Origin: Abditibacteriaceae bacterium
GTDB taxonomy: Bacteria > Armatimonadota > Abditibacteriia > Abditibacteriales > Abditibacteriaceae
Reading direction: 5' to 3'
Assembly (NCBI GenBank): GCA_031425655.1
Contig: JANPJS010000069.1
Coordinates: forward strand, 1 to 54,229
Length of the DNA stretch: 54,229 nt
The position numbers were made by a program, and so were the translations under genes. Each line of letters begins with the position of its first letter. Positions within the stretch are counted from its first letter, which is position 1. Of this stretch, positions 36,203 through 45,938 are shown in pieces. Below the pieces are notes generated by a model that was given only the letters and a program-made list of their open reading frames with translations, was not told the DNA's origin and did not search any database.

Positions 36203-38650
36203 ATGTCGAAATTTTTGAATTTGATTTTCCCGATTTGTCTGATCGTGTTTTTTTTGAATTTACGTCCCACGCCGGCCTCGCCGGCAGTGTCTATCGTGAA
36301 GCAACATCAACCTCAGGCGACGATTGTCACGCCGGATAACGCTTCGCAGCAGGTGCGCGAAGCGGCGCAAATGTTGGCTCAATACATTGCGACTTCTACG
36401 GGCGCGCGGCTGGCTCTGAGTTCCGAATCGCAGGCGCAGAATGGCGTGCGTATTCACGTCGGCCCCACGCAGTTTGCGCTGCGCGCCAATGTGATAGCCG
36501 GGCTTGGAATTGACGGTTTCGTGATCCATCCCGCCGACGCGAACAACATCATCATTTTGGGCAGCGATGATTGGGGCACCGAATTCGGCGTCAACGAGTT
36601 TTTGGAGCGGTTTTTGGGTGTGCGCTGGCTGATGCCGGGCGCCAACGGCACCGTGATTCCTCAAAAAGCCGATGTCGTGGTGCCCGGCCAAAGCATTAAG
36701 CAACAACCTGCGACCATCATGCGCCGCTTGGGCGGATTGTCCGGCAAAGCCGCCGAAGACTGGGCGCGACGCAATCGGATGCACGCCTGGCTGCAATTCG
36801 GCCACAATATGTGGCGCTTATTTCCCGCCGCACGCTACGGGCGCAGCAACCCCGAACTTCTGCAACGCGACGGGCGCGGCGGCCCAATTCGCGCTCCAAA
36901 AAGCGAAGCGCCCAGCGATCCGGCCAATCGCGGCTGGCAGCCGTGTTTTAGCTCGCCGAACGCCGTTTCCGAGGCTGTTCGCAACATCAACGCTTATTTT
37001 GCTCAGAATCCCCAGGAAAGGTCTTTTTCGCTGGGTGTCAACGACGCCGGTGGGTTTTGCGACGCCGATTTAGCCGGTGGACGCAATTCTCTGGGATTGC
37101 CCGACGCCTCGAACGCTTATTATCGCTGGGCCAACGCGGTCGTCGCCGAAGTGCTGAAATCGTATCCCGACAAGTGGTTCGGCGCTCTGGCTTACAGCGA
37201 AATCGTTTCGCCGCCGAACTTCAAATTGAACCCCCGATTGATTCCGCTTTTGACTGAAGACCGCATGAAATGGGCGAGTCCGCAGCATAAATCCAAAGGG
37301 CAGGCGCTGGCGATGGCTTGGAAAAACAGCGCGCCTACTCTCGGATGGTATGACTATCTTTACGGACGTCCTTATGCTGTGCCCCGCGTTTATTTTCATC
37401 AAATGGCGCAAAACTACCGCTTCGCTTACGAGAACGGCGTGCGCGCTCACTACGCCGAAGCCTATCCCAACTGGGGCGAAGGGCCGAAGTATTATCTCGC
37501 TTTGAAGCTGCAATGGGACCCGTATCAGGATGTGGACGCTCTGCTGCGCGATTGGTATGCGGCGTGCGTCGGCCCGGCGGCAGCGGGCGATCTCGCGGCT
37601 TATTACAAGCTGTGGGAAGACTTCTGGACAGGCCCGGCGGTGCAGTCGGCGTGGTTCAAAACTGTCGGGTCAGGCCACGGACAGTATCTCAACTTCAAAT
37701 CGCCGACTTATCTCGATGCCGTAACGCCCGATATGCTGGCGCGCAGTCGCAACTTGCTTCAAGCCGTCAAAGCCAAAGCGCAAACGCCCGGCGAAAAAGC
37801 GCGGGCCGACGTGTTGCTGCGCTCCTTTGAATCCTCGCAAGTGACGGCTTATTCTTACTTGAGTGCGCGCAACAGTGGCCGTCCCTTGACCAGCGAAACG
37901 CAGGCTTTAAGCGCCGTAGCCGATGCCGAACGCGTCGGACGTTTGGGAAGCAAGCGCCGCCAACTCAGCATGAACGATGCTGCCGATGAAGTCTTCGGCC
38001 CGATGGCCAAGAAACCCTCGCCGATAGATTCCATTTCCTGGACGGCAGGCTCGTTTTGGGGCTTAATGCCGTGGCTGGCGCGCTCGCCGCGTGTTTTGCA
38101 GGAAGTGCAGAAGTTGTCTAATTCCGACGACCCCGAAGTGGCGCGCCAGGCGCAGTTTCTGCTGCGGGTTCACAGCGGCCAAGCGCAGGCGGTTACAACG
38201 AATGCGAGCTTTGAGGAAGGCGCCGGCGATAAAACGACGGGCTGGAACTACTGGCTGCCGGATGGCGACGGGATGCGCCGCACTACAGAGTTCGCCCACA
38301 CCGGTCGGTCGAGTTTGGAAGCTACTGGCGTCAATCGAGGCGGCCCCACGCAAAATGTTCCCGCCGCTCCCGGCCATTATGTCGGTTCGTGTTATATCTA
38401 TGTTCCGCTGGGCCAGCAAAGCGAAGGCACGCTGAATTTATCCATCAGTGTGAAAAGCGACACGGAAAAACCGGATAACACCGCGACTCTGGTGCAGCCC
38501 GTTCCCGGTCAGTGGACGCTTGTTACGGTTGAGGCGGACGTTCCCGCCGGAGCCGACCGCATCTTGTTTGTGCCCACGCTTCAGGGCTTCGATCCCGGCG
38601 ACCGCGTCTTTTTAGACGATTGTGTGTTATACCGAGACGGCGGCGGATAA
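36203..38650 (+). CDS. Secreted DUF4838-domain protein with C-terminal carbohydrate-binding-like module
   Basis: Signal peptide, GH20/GH67-like N-terminal domain (FGVNEFLERFLGVRWLMPG), HN..QPCFS..SLGVND...YRWAN.V...LAYS core, C-terminal NASFE...W...AHTGRSSL jelly-roll signature. Confidence 0.75.
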   Translation: MSKFLNLIFPICLIVFFLNLRPTPASPAVSIVKQHQPQATIVTPDNASQQVREAAQMLAQYIATSTGARLALSSESQAQNGVRIHVGPTQFALRANVIAGLGIDGFVIHPADANNIIILGSDDWGTEFGVNEFLERFLGVRWLMPGANGTVIPQKADVVVPGQSIKQQPATIMRRLGGLSGKAAEDWARRNRMHAWLQFGHNMWRLFPAARYGRSNPELLQRDGRGGPIRAPKSEAPSDPANRGWQPCFSSPNAVSEAVRNINAYFAQNPQERSFSLGVNDAGGFCDADLAGGRNSLGLPDASNAYYRWANAVVAEVLKSYPDKWFGALAYSEIVSPPNFKLNPRLIPLLTEDRMKWASPQHKSKGQALAMAWKNSAPTLGWYDYLYGRPYAVPRVYFHQMAQNYRFAYENGVRAHYAEAYPNWGEGPKYYLALKLQWDPYQDVDALLRDWYAACVGPAAAGDLAAYYKLWEDFWTGPAVQSAWFKTVGSGHGQYLNFKSPTYLDAVTPDMLARSRNLLQAVKAKAQTPGEKARADVLLRSFESSQVTAYSYLSARNSGRPLTSETQALSAVADAERVGRLGSKRRQLSMNDAADEVFGPMAKKPSPIDSISWTAGSFWGLMPWLARSPRVLQEVQKLSNSDDPEVARQAQFLLRVHSGQAQAVTTNASFEEGAGDKTTGWNYWLPDGDGMRRTTEFAHTGRSSLEATGVNRGGPTQNVPAAPGHYVGSCYIYVPLGQQSEGTLNLSISVKSDTEKPDNTATLVQPVPGQWTLVTVEADVPAGADRILFVPTLQGFDPGDRVFLDDCVLYRDGGG

Positions 38651-38683
38651 GCCGAGTAGCATCTTAGAGGACACCGAACTGGC

Positions 38684-38726
38684 GCAGAACCCCCAGCCCC
38701 CTTGCCAAGGGGGTTGGGGGTTCTGC
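38684..38726. terminator. Strong GC-rich hairpin after the DUF4838 gene (terminator or RNA stabiliser)
   Basis: GCAGAACCCCCAGCCCCCTTG / CAAGGGGGTTGGGGGTTCTGC, 21-bp arms with one G-T pair. No U-tract. Confidence 0.5.
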
Positions 38727-38762
38727 ATATGTCGCCGCGTTATTTAACTTCGCCGCGTTTTT

Positions 38763-40241
38763 ATGCTTTCCACACTTCTTCGTCGCACGCTCTTAGTTTT
38801 GGCCGGCAACGGATTCAGCAAGTTATTGCTGCTGCTTTTCGAGTTTTTGCTTGTCACCAAAATCGGCGCGGCGGGTTACGGGCTTTACTCGATTTGCGCC
38901 GCCCTGTTACTCGTGGTCTCAAATCTCGCGCTGCTGGGAACCGATTTCGGCATCGTTCAACATCTGGCGATTTATCAGGAACAGAAGCGCGAAGATAAAG
39001 TTCAATCCCTCTTGGTTTGGTGCTTAGTCGTAATCGGTGCCGTCGGCCTGCTAACCGGAGCGCTAATCGCCTTCAGCGCGCCGTTTTTAGCGCAGCGCGT
39101 CTTCGCCAAGCCGGAGTTGGCTTATCCGATTCTTCTCGTTAGCCTTGCCATTCCTTTTGAAACCATCAATCAAGCTACGAGCGCGATGTTTCGCGGCTTT
39201 CGCTCCTATAAAGAACACATCTTCGTTTCCGATTTGGCGCGCAACGTCTCGCTAATGCTTTGCCTGCCTCTCGTGACGATTCTGCACTGGCGGCTTGAAC
39301 ACATTCTGTTGTTTTCGTTAGGCGGCTCCGTCACCGCGACGTGTTTCGGCATGATGCGGCTCTCCAAACGCTTGAAAGGCGCTTCGCTGCGCCTTTTGCG
39401 AGATCGCACCGTGTTTAAGGAAGTCTTCGGGTTTTCTTACAGCCTGTTCATCTGGAATGTGTTCCAAAAAATCGCGGGACGCAGCCAAATGCTGCTGGCG
39501 GGAATGTTCCTTTCCAGCCACGATGTCGGCATTTTTGGCGTTTTCATGCGCATGATTCTGCTGTTTACCTTCCTGCAAACCGGAATCAACATGACCGCGC
39601 CAGTCGAATTCGCGCGGCTAAACCATTTGGGCGAACATAAAAAACTCAACGATTTGCTGCAAATCACGGCAAAGACGCTTTTCATCGCGTGCATTTTGCT
39701 GGCGATGCCGCTCGTGGTTGATCCCAAAACCCTGATGGCCTATTTCGGCAAGGGTTTCGAGACTTATGCGTGGCTGCTGGTGCCGCTGACCGTCGCGCAG
39801 GTCGTGAACGTCGGGACGGGGCCGATTGGGCAATTGCTTATCGCCTGTCGCAAGCAAAATTCATTGTTTATCGTCAGTTTGTTAGGCGTCAGCGTGCAAA
39901 TAATTCTCAGTGTTCTTTTGATGCCGCGCTTCGGCTTGCCGGGCGCGGTCATGGCCGAAACCGCGACGAACCTCACGCTGACTGCCGCCAAACACGTTTT
40001 CAGTTTTCGCGCGCTGCGCATTCACGCTTTTACCAAAGAATTCGTTTTGCTCAGCGCCGGCGGAATCGTCAGCGCGATGATCGGCTGGCGCATCGCCGAG
40101 GCTATGCCGGGCCGCTTCGGCTACTTTAGTGGTGTGACGATGGCCTTAATTTGCTGCGCTTTCCTGTTGGCACTTTATTCGTCGTGGGATCGGCAGTTTA
40201 AAAGTCAGGTGCGCGTCATTTTAAGCAGAAAAAGGAGCTAA
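38763..40241 (+). CDS. wzx: Oligosaccharide flippase (MOP superfamily)
   Basis: 492 aa, about 12-14 TMs, GAAGYGLYS, VNVGTGPIGQLL, LMPRFGLPGA. Confidence 0.88.
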   Translation: MLSTLLRRTLLVLAGNGFSKLLLLLFEFLLVTKIGAAGYGLYSICAALLLVVSNLALLGTDFGIVQHLAIYQEQKREDKVQSLLVWCLVVIGAVGLLTGALIAFSAPFLAQRVFAKPELAYPILLVSLAIPFETINQATSAMFRGFRSYKEHIFVSDLARNVSLMLCLPLVTILHWRLEHILLFSLGGSVTATCFGMMRLSKRLKGASLRLLRDRTVFKEVFGFSYSLFIWNVFQKIAGRSQMLLAGMFLSSHDVGIFGVFMRMILLFTFLQTGINMTAPVEFARLNHLGEHKKLNDLLQITAKTLFIACILLAMPLVVDPKTLMAYFGKGFETYAWLLVPLTVAQVVNVGTGPIGQLLIACRKQNSLFIVSLLGVSVQIILSVLLMPRFGLPGAVMAETATNLTLTAAKHVFSFRALRIHAFTKEFVLLSAGGIVSAMIGWRIAEAMPGRFGYFSGVTMALICCAFLLALYSSWDRQFKSQVRVILSRKRS

Positions 40242-40244
40242 ATC

Positions 40245-41081
40245 GTGTCCGAGATTGATCAAGTAAACGCGAAAGTGTTAGTCAACAGCCTGCCGAAATC
40301 GGGCACCAATTTGTTGGCCAGCATTCTCGATTGCACGCCCGGCGTTCAATTTCAGCGCGTTATTCTCAATCGCAATTTGCGCTGGCATCCTTTCAACTAT
40401 TTGCCTTTCGGCGACCGTCGCACTTGTCTTGCCGGCGTGGATCAACCGGCCAAAGTCACGCTCAGCGCGGTGCGTCAAGTGCTGAGCAAACTTCAGCCGG
40501 GCTGTTACACCAGCGCGCATATGCCTTACGATGCCGGCGTCGAAGAAATTCTTACGAAACTCGATATTCGCCCTTTTTTCGTCATCCGCGACCCGCGCGA
40601 TGTGGCCGTATCGGGCGTTAAGCACGCCATGCAGCACACCGGGCACTTTTTGCACGAAGCATACAAAGATTTGCCGTCGGATAAAGCGCGATTATTAGCC
40701 GCCATTCAAGGCATCCGGCGCGACGACGGCACTTTCATGGGATCGGGCATGGCCGCGAAAATACGCAGCATCGAAGGCTGGCTGGGCGCGCCGTCCGTTG
40801 TCACGCTGAAATTTGAAGATATGATCGGCGCGCAAGGCGGCGGCAGCGACCAAGCGCAGCAATCGGCGATTTTAAAAGTCGCCGAACACATCGGGTTATC
40901 GCTCACGCCGGACGCGGCGCTGGAAATCGGGCAGCGTGCCTTTGGTCGTGGGAACACTTTTCGCGCGGGGCAAATCGGCAGTTGGCGCCAAGCGTTCGAT
41001 GACGAAGCAAAGGCGATTTTTAAACAGGAAGTCGGCGAGTTATTAGTCAAAATGGGTTACGAAGAAGGTAGTAATTGGTAA
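40245..41081 (+). CDS. PAPS-dependent sulfotransferase (copy 2, Sulfotransfer_1-like)
   Basis: NSLPKSGTNLL, RDPRDVAVS, KFEDM, FRAGQIGSW. Confidence 0.9.
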   Translation: MSEIDQVNAKVLVNSLPKSGTNLLASILDCTPGVQFQRVILNRNLRWHPFNYLPFGDRRTCLAGVDQPAKVTLSAVRQVLSKLQPGCYTSAHMPYDAGVEEILTKLDIRPFFVIRDPRDVAVSGVKHAMQHTGHFLHEAYKDLPSDKARLLAAIQGIRRDDGTFMGSGMAAKIRSIEGWLGAPSVVTLKFEDMIGAQGGGSDQAQQSAILKVAEHIGLSLTPDAALEIGQRAFGRGNTFRAGQIGSWRQAFDDEAKAIFKQEVGELLVKMGYEEGSNW

Positions 41082-41090
41082 CTCATGTTC

Positions 41091-41122
41091 GTGTTCCCTG
41101 CGATTTCAATCGCAGGGATCAC
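41091..41122. repeat. REP-like hairpin
   Basis: TCCCTGCGATT-TC-AATCGCAGGGA. Shares the CGATTTCAATCG core with the hairpin inside the MITE-like cassette. Confidence 0.6.
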
Positions 41123-41237
41123 AGCGCCGCGAATGGACGCTTCTTTGGTTGTTAGCTAAAGCCCCGTTGCCTATACTCGCTCACGCATTCGTTGGCCCGT
41201 AAATCGTTAGTGGAAGTCTGAAAAGTGGGCAGCGTGG

Positions 41238-41381
41238 CTCCTCTCCCCATTTGGGGAGACGGGCGCCCGTTGGGCAGGTGGTGAGGGGCGAACCGCGAAG
41301 CGGTTCCTAAAACCGGATGCTCAGAGCCGCTTGGCGGCTCACCCCTCACCCTAACCCTCTCCCCAAATGGGGAGAGGGGAC
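41238..41381. repeat. BoxC-like palindromic repeat (CCCTCACCCTAACCCTCTCCC type) with inner hairpins
   Basis: Right arm CCCCTCACCCTAACCCTCTCCCCAAATGGGGAGAGGGGAC (41342-41381) and interrupted complementary left arm (41238-41288). Inner stems GAACCGCGAAGCGGTTC and GAGCCGCTTGGCGGCTC. Confidence 0.8.
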
Positions 41382-41440
41382 TTTTAGACCGCTACTCAGG
41401 TTTCCCGGACGGTTTGGCCGCAATTTTACTTTTCCCTTTG

Positions 41441-42685
41441 ATGTCAATGCCAGTGGATTTGAAATCTCACCCGCCCCCGCTTGGTCGCGGTTATACCATC
41501 TGTTTTCTTTCTTCCATGCACCCGCCGCGCGACAAGCGGGTTTTCGATAAAGAAGCGGTTTCACTGGCTCAGGCGGGCTACTCGGTCATTCATCTGGCGC
41601 CCGATAATGGGCCGTCTTTTGTCGAGCAGGGCGTAAAAGTCGTCACTTATCGCCGTCCGCGCGGCATCGTCGGACGGCTGACGCAAGCGCCGCGTTTGTT
41701 TCGCCGAGCCTCGCGTTTGAATGCCGATTGTTATCACTGTAACGAAGTGGATTCGTGGATTATCGGCGTGCTGCTGAAATTATCGCGCGGCAAGCAAGTC
41801 GTCTTCGATGTGCATGAGCATTATCCCAGCACCTTTGCCGAAAGCCGCTTTCCGCCTTTTCTGCGTCCTACGGTTGCAAATCTGATTCGCTTGGTTTTTC
41901 GCTCTTTTACGCCCTTCACCAACCGCCTGGTCTTTGCCAAACGCAGCGTGGCGGCGGATTTTCCCGGCACCGAAAAGAAACAGGTTTTAGTGCAGAATTT
42001 CACGCCTTTAGCCGCGCGTTCGCCGATCAATGAAGGCGAAAAAGCCGCGCCGAAGGCTGAGAAAGCTGCCGGGCAGCCGATTACAGCGATTCATCTGGGT
42101 TTAATCAGTCGCGTGCGTGGCTGGCCTCAGCTTTTGGATGCCGTCGGGCAAATGCAGCACGATAATTTGCATTTGCTCATCGTGGGAACATTCAACGACA
42201 ACACAAAAGCCGATTTTGACGCGCAAGCGAGCGAATTGAAGCTGACCGAGCGCATTCGCACGTTGGAATGGGTGCCTTTTTCAGAAGCCTACGCGCTGAT
42301 TTGCAGCGCCGACATCGGGCTGGTTTTGTTTCAACCGGGCATTCAAAATCACGTTTTCGCGCTGCCGCATAAAATGTTCGATTACATGATGGCGGGTTTG
42401 CCCGTAATCGCGCCGGATTTCGCCGAGGAAGTTTCGGCCATCATCAAAGAAGCGGATTGTGGTATTCTCGTTGATCCCTCGAAGCCCGATGAAATCGCCG
42501 CCGCTTTAGAGCGATTGGCGAGCGACCCGGAAGAGCGAGCGCGGTTGGGGCGCAATGGGCAGCAGGCGGTCGCAACGCTTTATAATTGGGAGGCCGAGGC
42601 GGCCAAATTAGTCACTATGTATCAGGAATTGGAGGGATTAAAGCGAAACAAGTCATTCAATATATTAAAACCGGCGAAACCGTGA
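41441..42685 (+). CDS. Glycosyltransferase family 4
   Basis: HPPRDKRVF.KE, DVHEHYP, PHKMFDYMMAGLPVI, YNWE. Start ATG 41441 or 41447. C-terminus probably extended by a lost stop at 42644. Confidence 0.9.
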   Translation: MSMPVDLKSHPPPLGRGYTICFLSSMHPPRDKRVFDKEAVSLAQAGYSVIHLAPDNGPSFVEQGVKVVTYRRPRGIVGRLTQAPRLFRRASRLNADCYHCNEVDSWIIGVLLKLSRGKQVVFDVHEHYPSTFAESRFPPFLRPTVANLIRLVFRSFTPFTNRLVFAKRSVAADFPGTEKKQVLVQNFTPLAARSPINEGEKAAPKAEKAAGQPITAIHLGLISRVRGWPQLLDAVGQMQHDNLHLLIVGTFNDNTKADFDAQASELKLTERIRTLEWVPFSEAYALICSADIGLVLFQPGIQNHVFALPHKMFDYMMAGLPVIAPDFAEEVSAIIKEADCGILVDPSKPDEIAAALERLASDPEERARLGRNGQQAVATLYNWEAEAAKLVTMYQELEGLKRNKSFNILKPAKP

Positions 42686-44841
42686 TTGCGAACGTGCCGG
42701 TTCCGGCTCCGGGCCGGGGCCGCGTTCTGGCGCAAACGCAGGCCAGTCTGGTTTCGGCGGGAACCGAGCGCATGGTCGTGGATTTCGCCGAAAAAAGTAT
42801 GCTCGACAAGGCGCGTTCGCGTCCCGATTTGGTGAAACAAGTCGTGGATAAAGCCAAGCGCGAAGGCGTTTTGACCACTTTGGATGCCGCGAAAAACCGC
42901 ATGGAGCAGCCGATGGGATTGGGCTATTCGTGCGCCGGCATCGTGCTGGAAACGGGCGAAGACGTTCACGGATTGCAGGCCGGCGACCGCGTGGCCTGTG
43001 CCGGCGGCGGCTACGCGAATCACGCCGAAGCCGTCGCCGTGCCGAAAAACCTTGTCGTCAAGCTGCCCGATAATGTGGATTTCGAGTCCGCATCTTTTAC
43101 TACGATTGGCGCCATCGCTTTGCAGGGAATTCGCTTAGCCGATGTGAAATTGGGCGAAATCGTGGCCGTGATTGGCTTGGGATTGCTCGGCCAACTGACA
43201 ATTCAGATGCTTAAAGCCGCCGGCTGCATCGTAATCGGCATGGATATTCAGCGCCAGCGCATCGAACTCGCACAGCGCAACGGAGCCGATGCCGTCACGA
43301 CCTCGCAGGACGAATTGGATTTGCTTTGCCGCCAGTTTTCCGCCGGACATGGCGCCGATGTGGTCTTGATTACTGCCGACACCAAAAGCGATCAGCCGGT
43401 GGCGACTGCCGGTGAAATCGCGCGACGCAAGGGCATTGTGGTGGCTGTGGGCGCCGTCGGCATGACGATTCCGCGCAAGGTTTATTACGAAAAAGAACTG
43501 GATTTTCGCATTTCCTGTTCTTACGGCCCCGGACGCTACGACACGGATTATGAAGAAAAAGGGCTGGATTATCCTTACGCTTATGTGCGCTGGACGGAGC
43601 AGCGCAACATGGAAGCGTTCGTGCAGCTTTTAGCCGGCAAAAGCATCAACGTCGCATCGCTGATTAGCCATCGTTTCAACATTGACGAAGCGCCGCAAGC
43701 CTATCAAGTCATCACGGGCAAAACCGGCGAGCCGTTTTTGGGTGTGGTTTTGCTGTATCCCAACCCTCCGGATTTGAGCCGCAAAATCGTTATTCCACCC
43801 AAAGTGGAAGCCGGAGCGCCGGCGCAGGCCGAGCCGGCAGAAAGCGTCGGCGTGGGCATCATCGGCGGCGGAAACTTCGCCAACGCCACGCTGCTTCCGG
43901 CTCTGAAGCAGGTGCCGGGCCTCAAATTGGTGGGCATTTCCAGCGCCAGCGGGCTGAGTGGGCGCGCCACCGGCGACCGCTTTGGCTTTTCGTATTGCTC
44001 GACGGACACGCAGCAATTGTTGGACGATGCCTCGATTAGCACCGTCGCTATTCTCACGCGGCATCACTTGCACGCGAAGCAAGTCGTCGCCGCGTTGCAA
44101 GCCGGAAAGCACGTTTTCGTCGAAAAGCCGCTGTGTTTAACCGACGGGGAATTGCAGGAAATCATCGCCGCGTATCGCGCTTTGGACGCGCACAAAAAGC
44201 TGCTGCTGATGGTCGGCTATAATCGCCGCTTCGCGCCGTTTGTAGTCGAATTGAAAGAGCATTTGCAGCGCGTGCAGGAGCCTTTGGTGATTCATTATCG
44301 CGCCAACGCCGGCTTTTTGCCTTCGGATCACTGGACGCAGGATTTGGCACAGGGCGGCGGGCGTTTGATGGGCGAAGGCTGCCATTTCATTGACCTTGTT
44401 TATCACCTGACCAATAGCAAACCGCAGTGGATTACGACGAATGCGCTTCCCGACAACGGGCGCTATTCGCAGGATAATTTCGTGGTCAATATCGGTTTCG
44501 AAAACGGCTCGTTGGGCACCGTTACTTATCTCGCTAACGGCGATAAGAGCTTCGGCAAAGAGTATCTCGAAGTGTCCGGCGGCGGTTTATCGGCGCGCTT
44601 GGACGATTATCGCTCGCTGCAAATTTCGCACGGCGCCAAGCAAGTGAAACGTCTGGCGCGCTTGCGGCAGGACAAGGGGCACAAAGCGGAATGGCAGGCC
44701 ATCGCCGATTATTTAACGAAAAGCGGGCCGCTTCCGATGACTTTCGACGACGTTGTTTGCTCGACCGAAGCGGCCTTAGCCGCGCAACGCAGCCTGCTTC
44801 AAGGCCGCACGGTGATGATGGATGAGGAGAAATCAGAGTGA
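42643..44841 (+). CDS. Bi-domain oxidoreductase, copy 2 (expected start codon reads GCG; alternative GTG 42682)
   Basis: Colinear with 28754-30931 (VSAGTE, GYSCAG, SYGPGRYD, EKP, GYNRRF). The paralog begins MKQV; here KQV follows GCG at 42643, 7 nt after GGAGG. Confidence 0.88.
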   Translation, partial: AKQVIQYIKTGETVIANVPVPAPGRGRVLAQTQASLVSAGTERMVVDFAEKSMLDKARSRPDLVKQVVDKAKREGVLTTLDAAKNRMEQPMGLGYSCAGIVLETGEDVHGLQAGDRVACAGGGYANHAEAVAVPKNLVVKLPDNVDFESASFTTIGAIALQGIRLADVKLGEIVAVIGLGLLGQLTIQMLKAAGCIVIGMDIQRQRIELAQRNGADAVTTSQDELDLLCRQFSAGHGADVVLITADTKSDQPVATAGEIARRKGIVVAVGAVGMTIPRKVYYEKELDFRISCSYGPGRYDTDYEEKGLDYPYAYVRWTEQRNMEAFVQLLAGKSINVASLISHRFNIDEAPQAYQVITGKTGEPFLGVVLLYPNPPDLSRKIVIPPKVEAGAPAQAEPAESVGVGIIGGGNFANATLLPALKQVPGLKLVGISSASGLSGRATGDRFGFSYCSTDTQQLLDDASISTVAILTRHHLHAKQVVAALQAGKHVFVEKPLCLTDGELQEIIAAYRALDAHKKLLLMVGYNRRFAPFVVELKEHLQRVQEPLVIHYRANAGFLPSDHWTQDLAQGGGRLMGEGCHFIDLVYHLTNSKPQWITTNALPDNGRYSQDNFVVNIGFENGSLGTVTYLANGDKSFGKEYLEVSGGGLSARLDDYRSLQISHGAKQVKRLARLRQDKGHKAEWQAIADYLTKSGPLPMTFDDVVCSTEAALAAQRSLLQGRTVMMDEEKSE

Positions 44842-45923
44842 GAATCGCTCATGTTATTGGCGCGCGGCCTAATTTTATGAAAGTCGCGCCGGTCGTCCGG
44901 GCCTTGAATGCTTGCGAAAACGTGAATCAGGTCTTGATTCACAGCGGTCAGCATTACGATCCAAATATGTCGCAGGTGTTCTTTCAGCAATTGGAATTGC
45001 CGGAGCCGGACGTGAATTTAGAGGTCGGTTCCGGCTCGCACGCCGCGCAAACCGCGCAGGTGATGGTGAAATTGGAAGAATTTTTCCTGAAAGACCGGCC
45101 CGATTGGGTTTTGGTTTACGGAGATATTAATTCGACCGTCGCGGCATCGTTGGTTTGCGCCAAAATGCTGATTCCCATCGCGCACGTCGAAGCCGGCCTG
45201 CGCTCGTTCGACCGCGCCATGCCCGAAGAAGTCAATCGCTTGGTGACGGATCGCTTGTCGGATTTGCTTTTCACGCCGTCCTCGGATGGCGACGAAAACC
45301 TGCTGCGCGAAGGGGTGCCGCAAGAGAAAATCCACATGGTCGGCAACGTGATGATTGACACGCTCGTGCGCTTACTGCCCAAAGCCGAAGCGCAGTGGGA
45401 CGATTTGAGTTCGCGCCTCAATTGCACGGGGCGTTACGGCCTTGTAACGCTGCATCGCCCTTCCAACGTGGACGATGCGGCCATGCTGGGGCCGCTGCTT
45501 GACGCTCTGAGCGAAATCAGCCGCGATTTGCCGCTGATTTTTCCGATTCATCCGCGCACGCGCCAGCGCATGAAAGACAGCGGACTGAAAGTTTCCAACG
45601 ACAATTTGCGCTTGGCCGAACCGCTGGGCTATCTCGACTTTTTGGCGTTGCAGCGCCACGCTGCGGTCGTCATTACCGATTCCGGCGGGATTCAGGAAGA
45701 AACGACCTATTTGGGCACGCCTTGCCTGACCATGCGCGAAAATACCGAGCGCCCGGTTACGGTCACGATGGGAACCAACTTGCTCATCGGCCACGATTTG
45801 CAGCGCTTGCGCGCCGAAGTCACTTCTATTCTTAACGGCGGCGCCAAACAGGGCACGATTCCGCCTTTTTGGGACGGCAAAGCCGGCGAACGCATCGCCG
45901 CGATTCTGACCCAAATCGCCTGA
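44838..45923 (+). CDS. wecB: UDP-N-acetylglucosamine 2-epimerase (non-hydrolysing)
   Basis: GARPNFMK, HSGQHYD, GDINST, HVEAGLRS, PEEVNR, TDSGGIQEE, RENTERP. Confidence 0.95.
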   Translation: MRIAHVIGARPNFMKVAPVVRALNACENVNQVLIHSGQHYDPNMSQVFFQQLELPEPDVNLEVGSGSHAAQTAQVMVKLEEFFLKDRPDWVLVYGDINSTVAASLVCAKMLIPIAHVEAGLRSFDRAMPEEVNRLVTDRLSDLLFTPSSDGDENLLREGVPQEKIHMVGNVMIDTLVRLLPKAEAQWDDLSSRLNCTGRYGLVTLHRPSNVDDAAMLGPLLDALSEISRDLPLIFPIHPRTRQRMKDSGLKVSNDNLRLAEPLGYLDFLALQRHAAVVITDSGGIQEETTYLGTPCLTMRENTERPVTVTMGTNLLIGHDLQRLRAEVTSILNGGAKQGTIPPFWDGKAGERIAAILTQIA

Positions 45924-45938
45924 TATGAGGAGCGCAAT

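Noticed and set aside
42586..42642. TTG start of oxidoreductase copy 2 given in the ORF track
   Set aside because: It lies inside the GT4 coding region with no RBS, and homology to the paralog begins at 42643.
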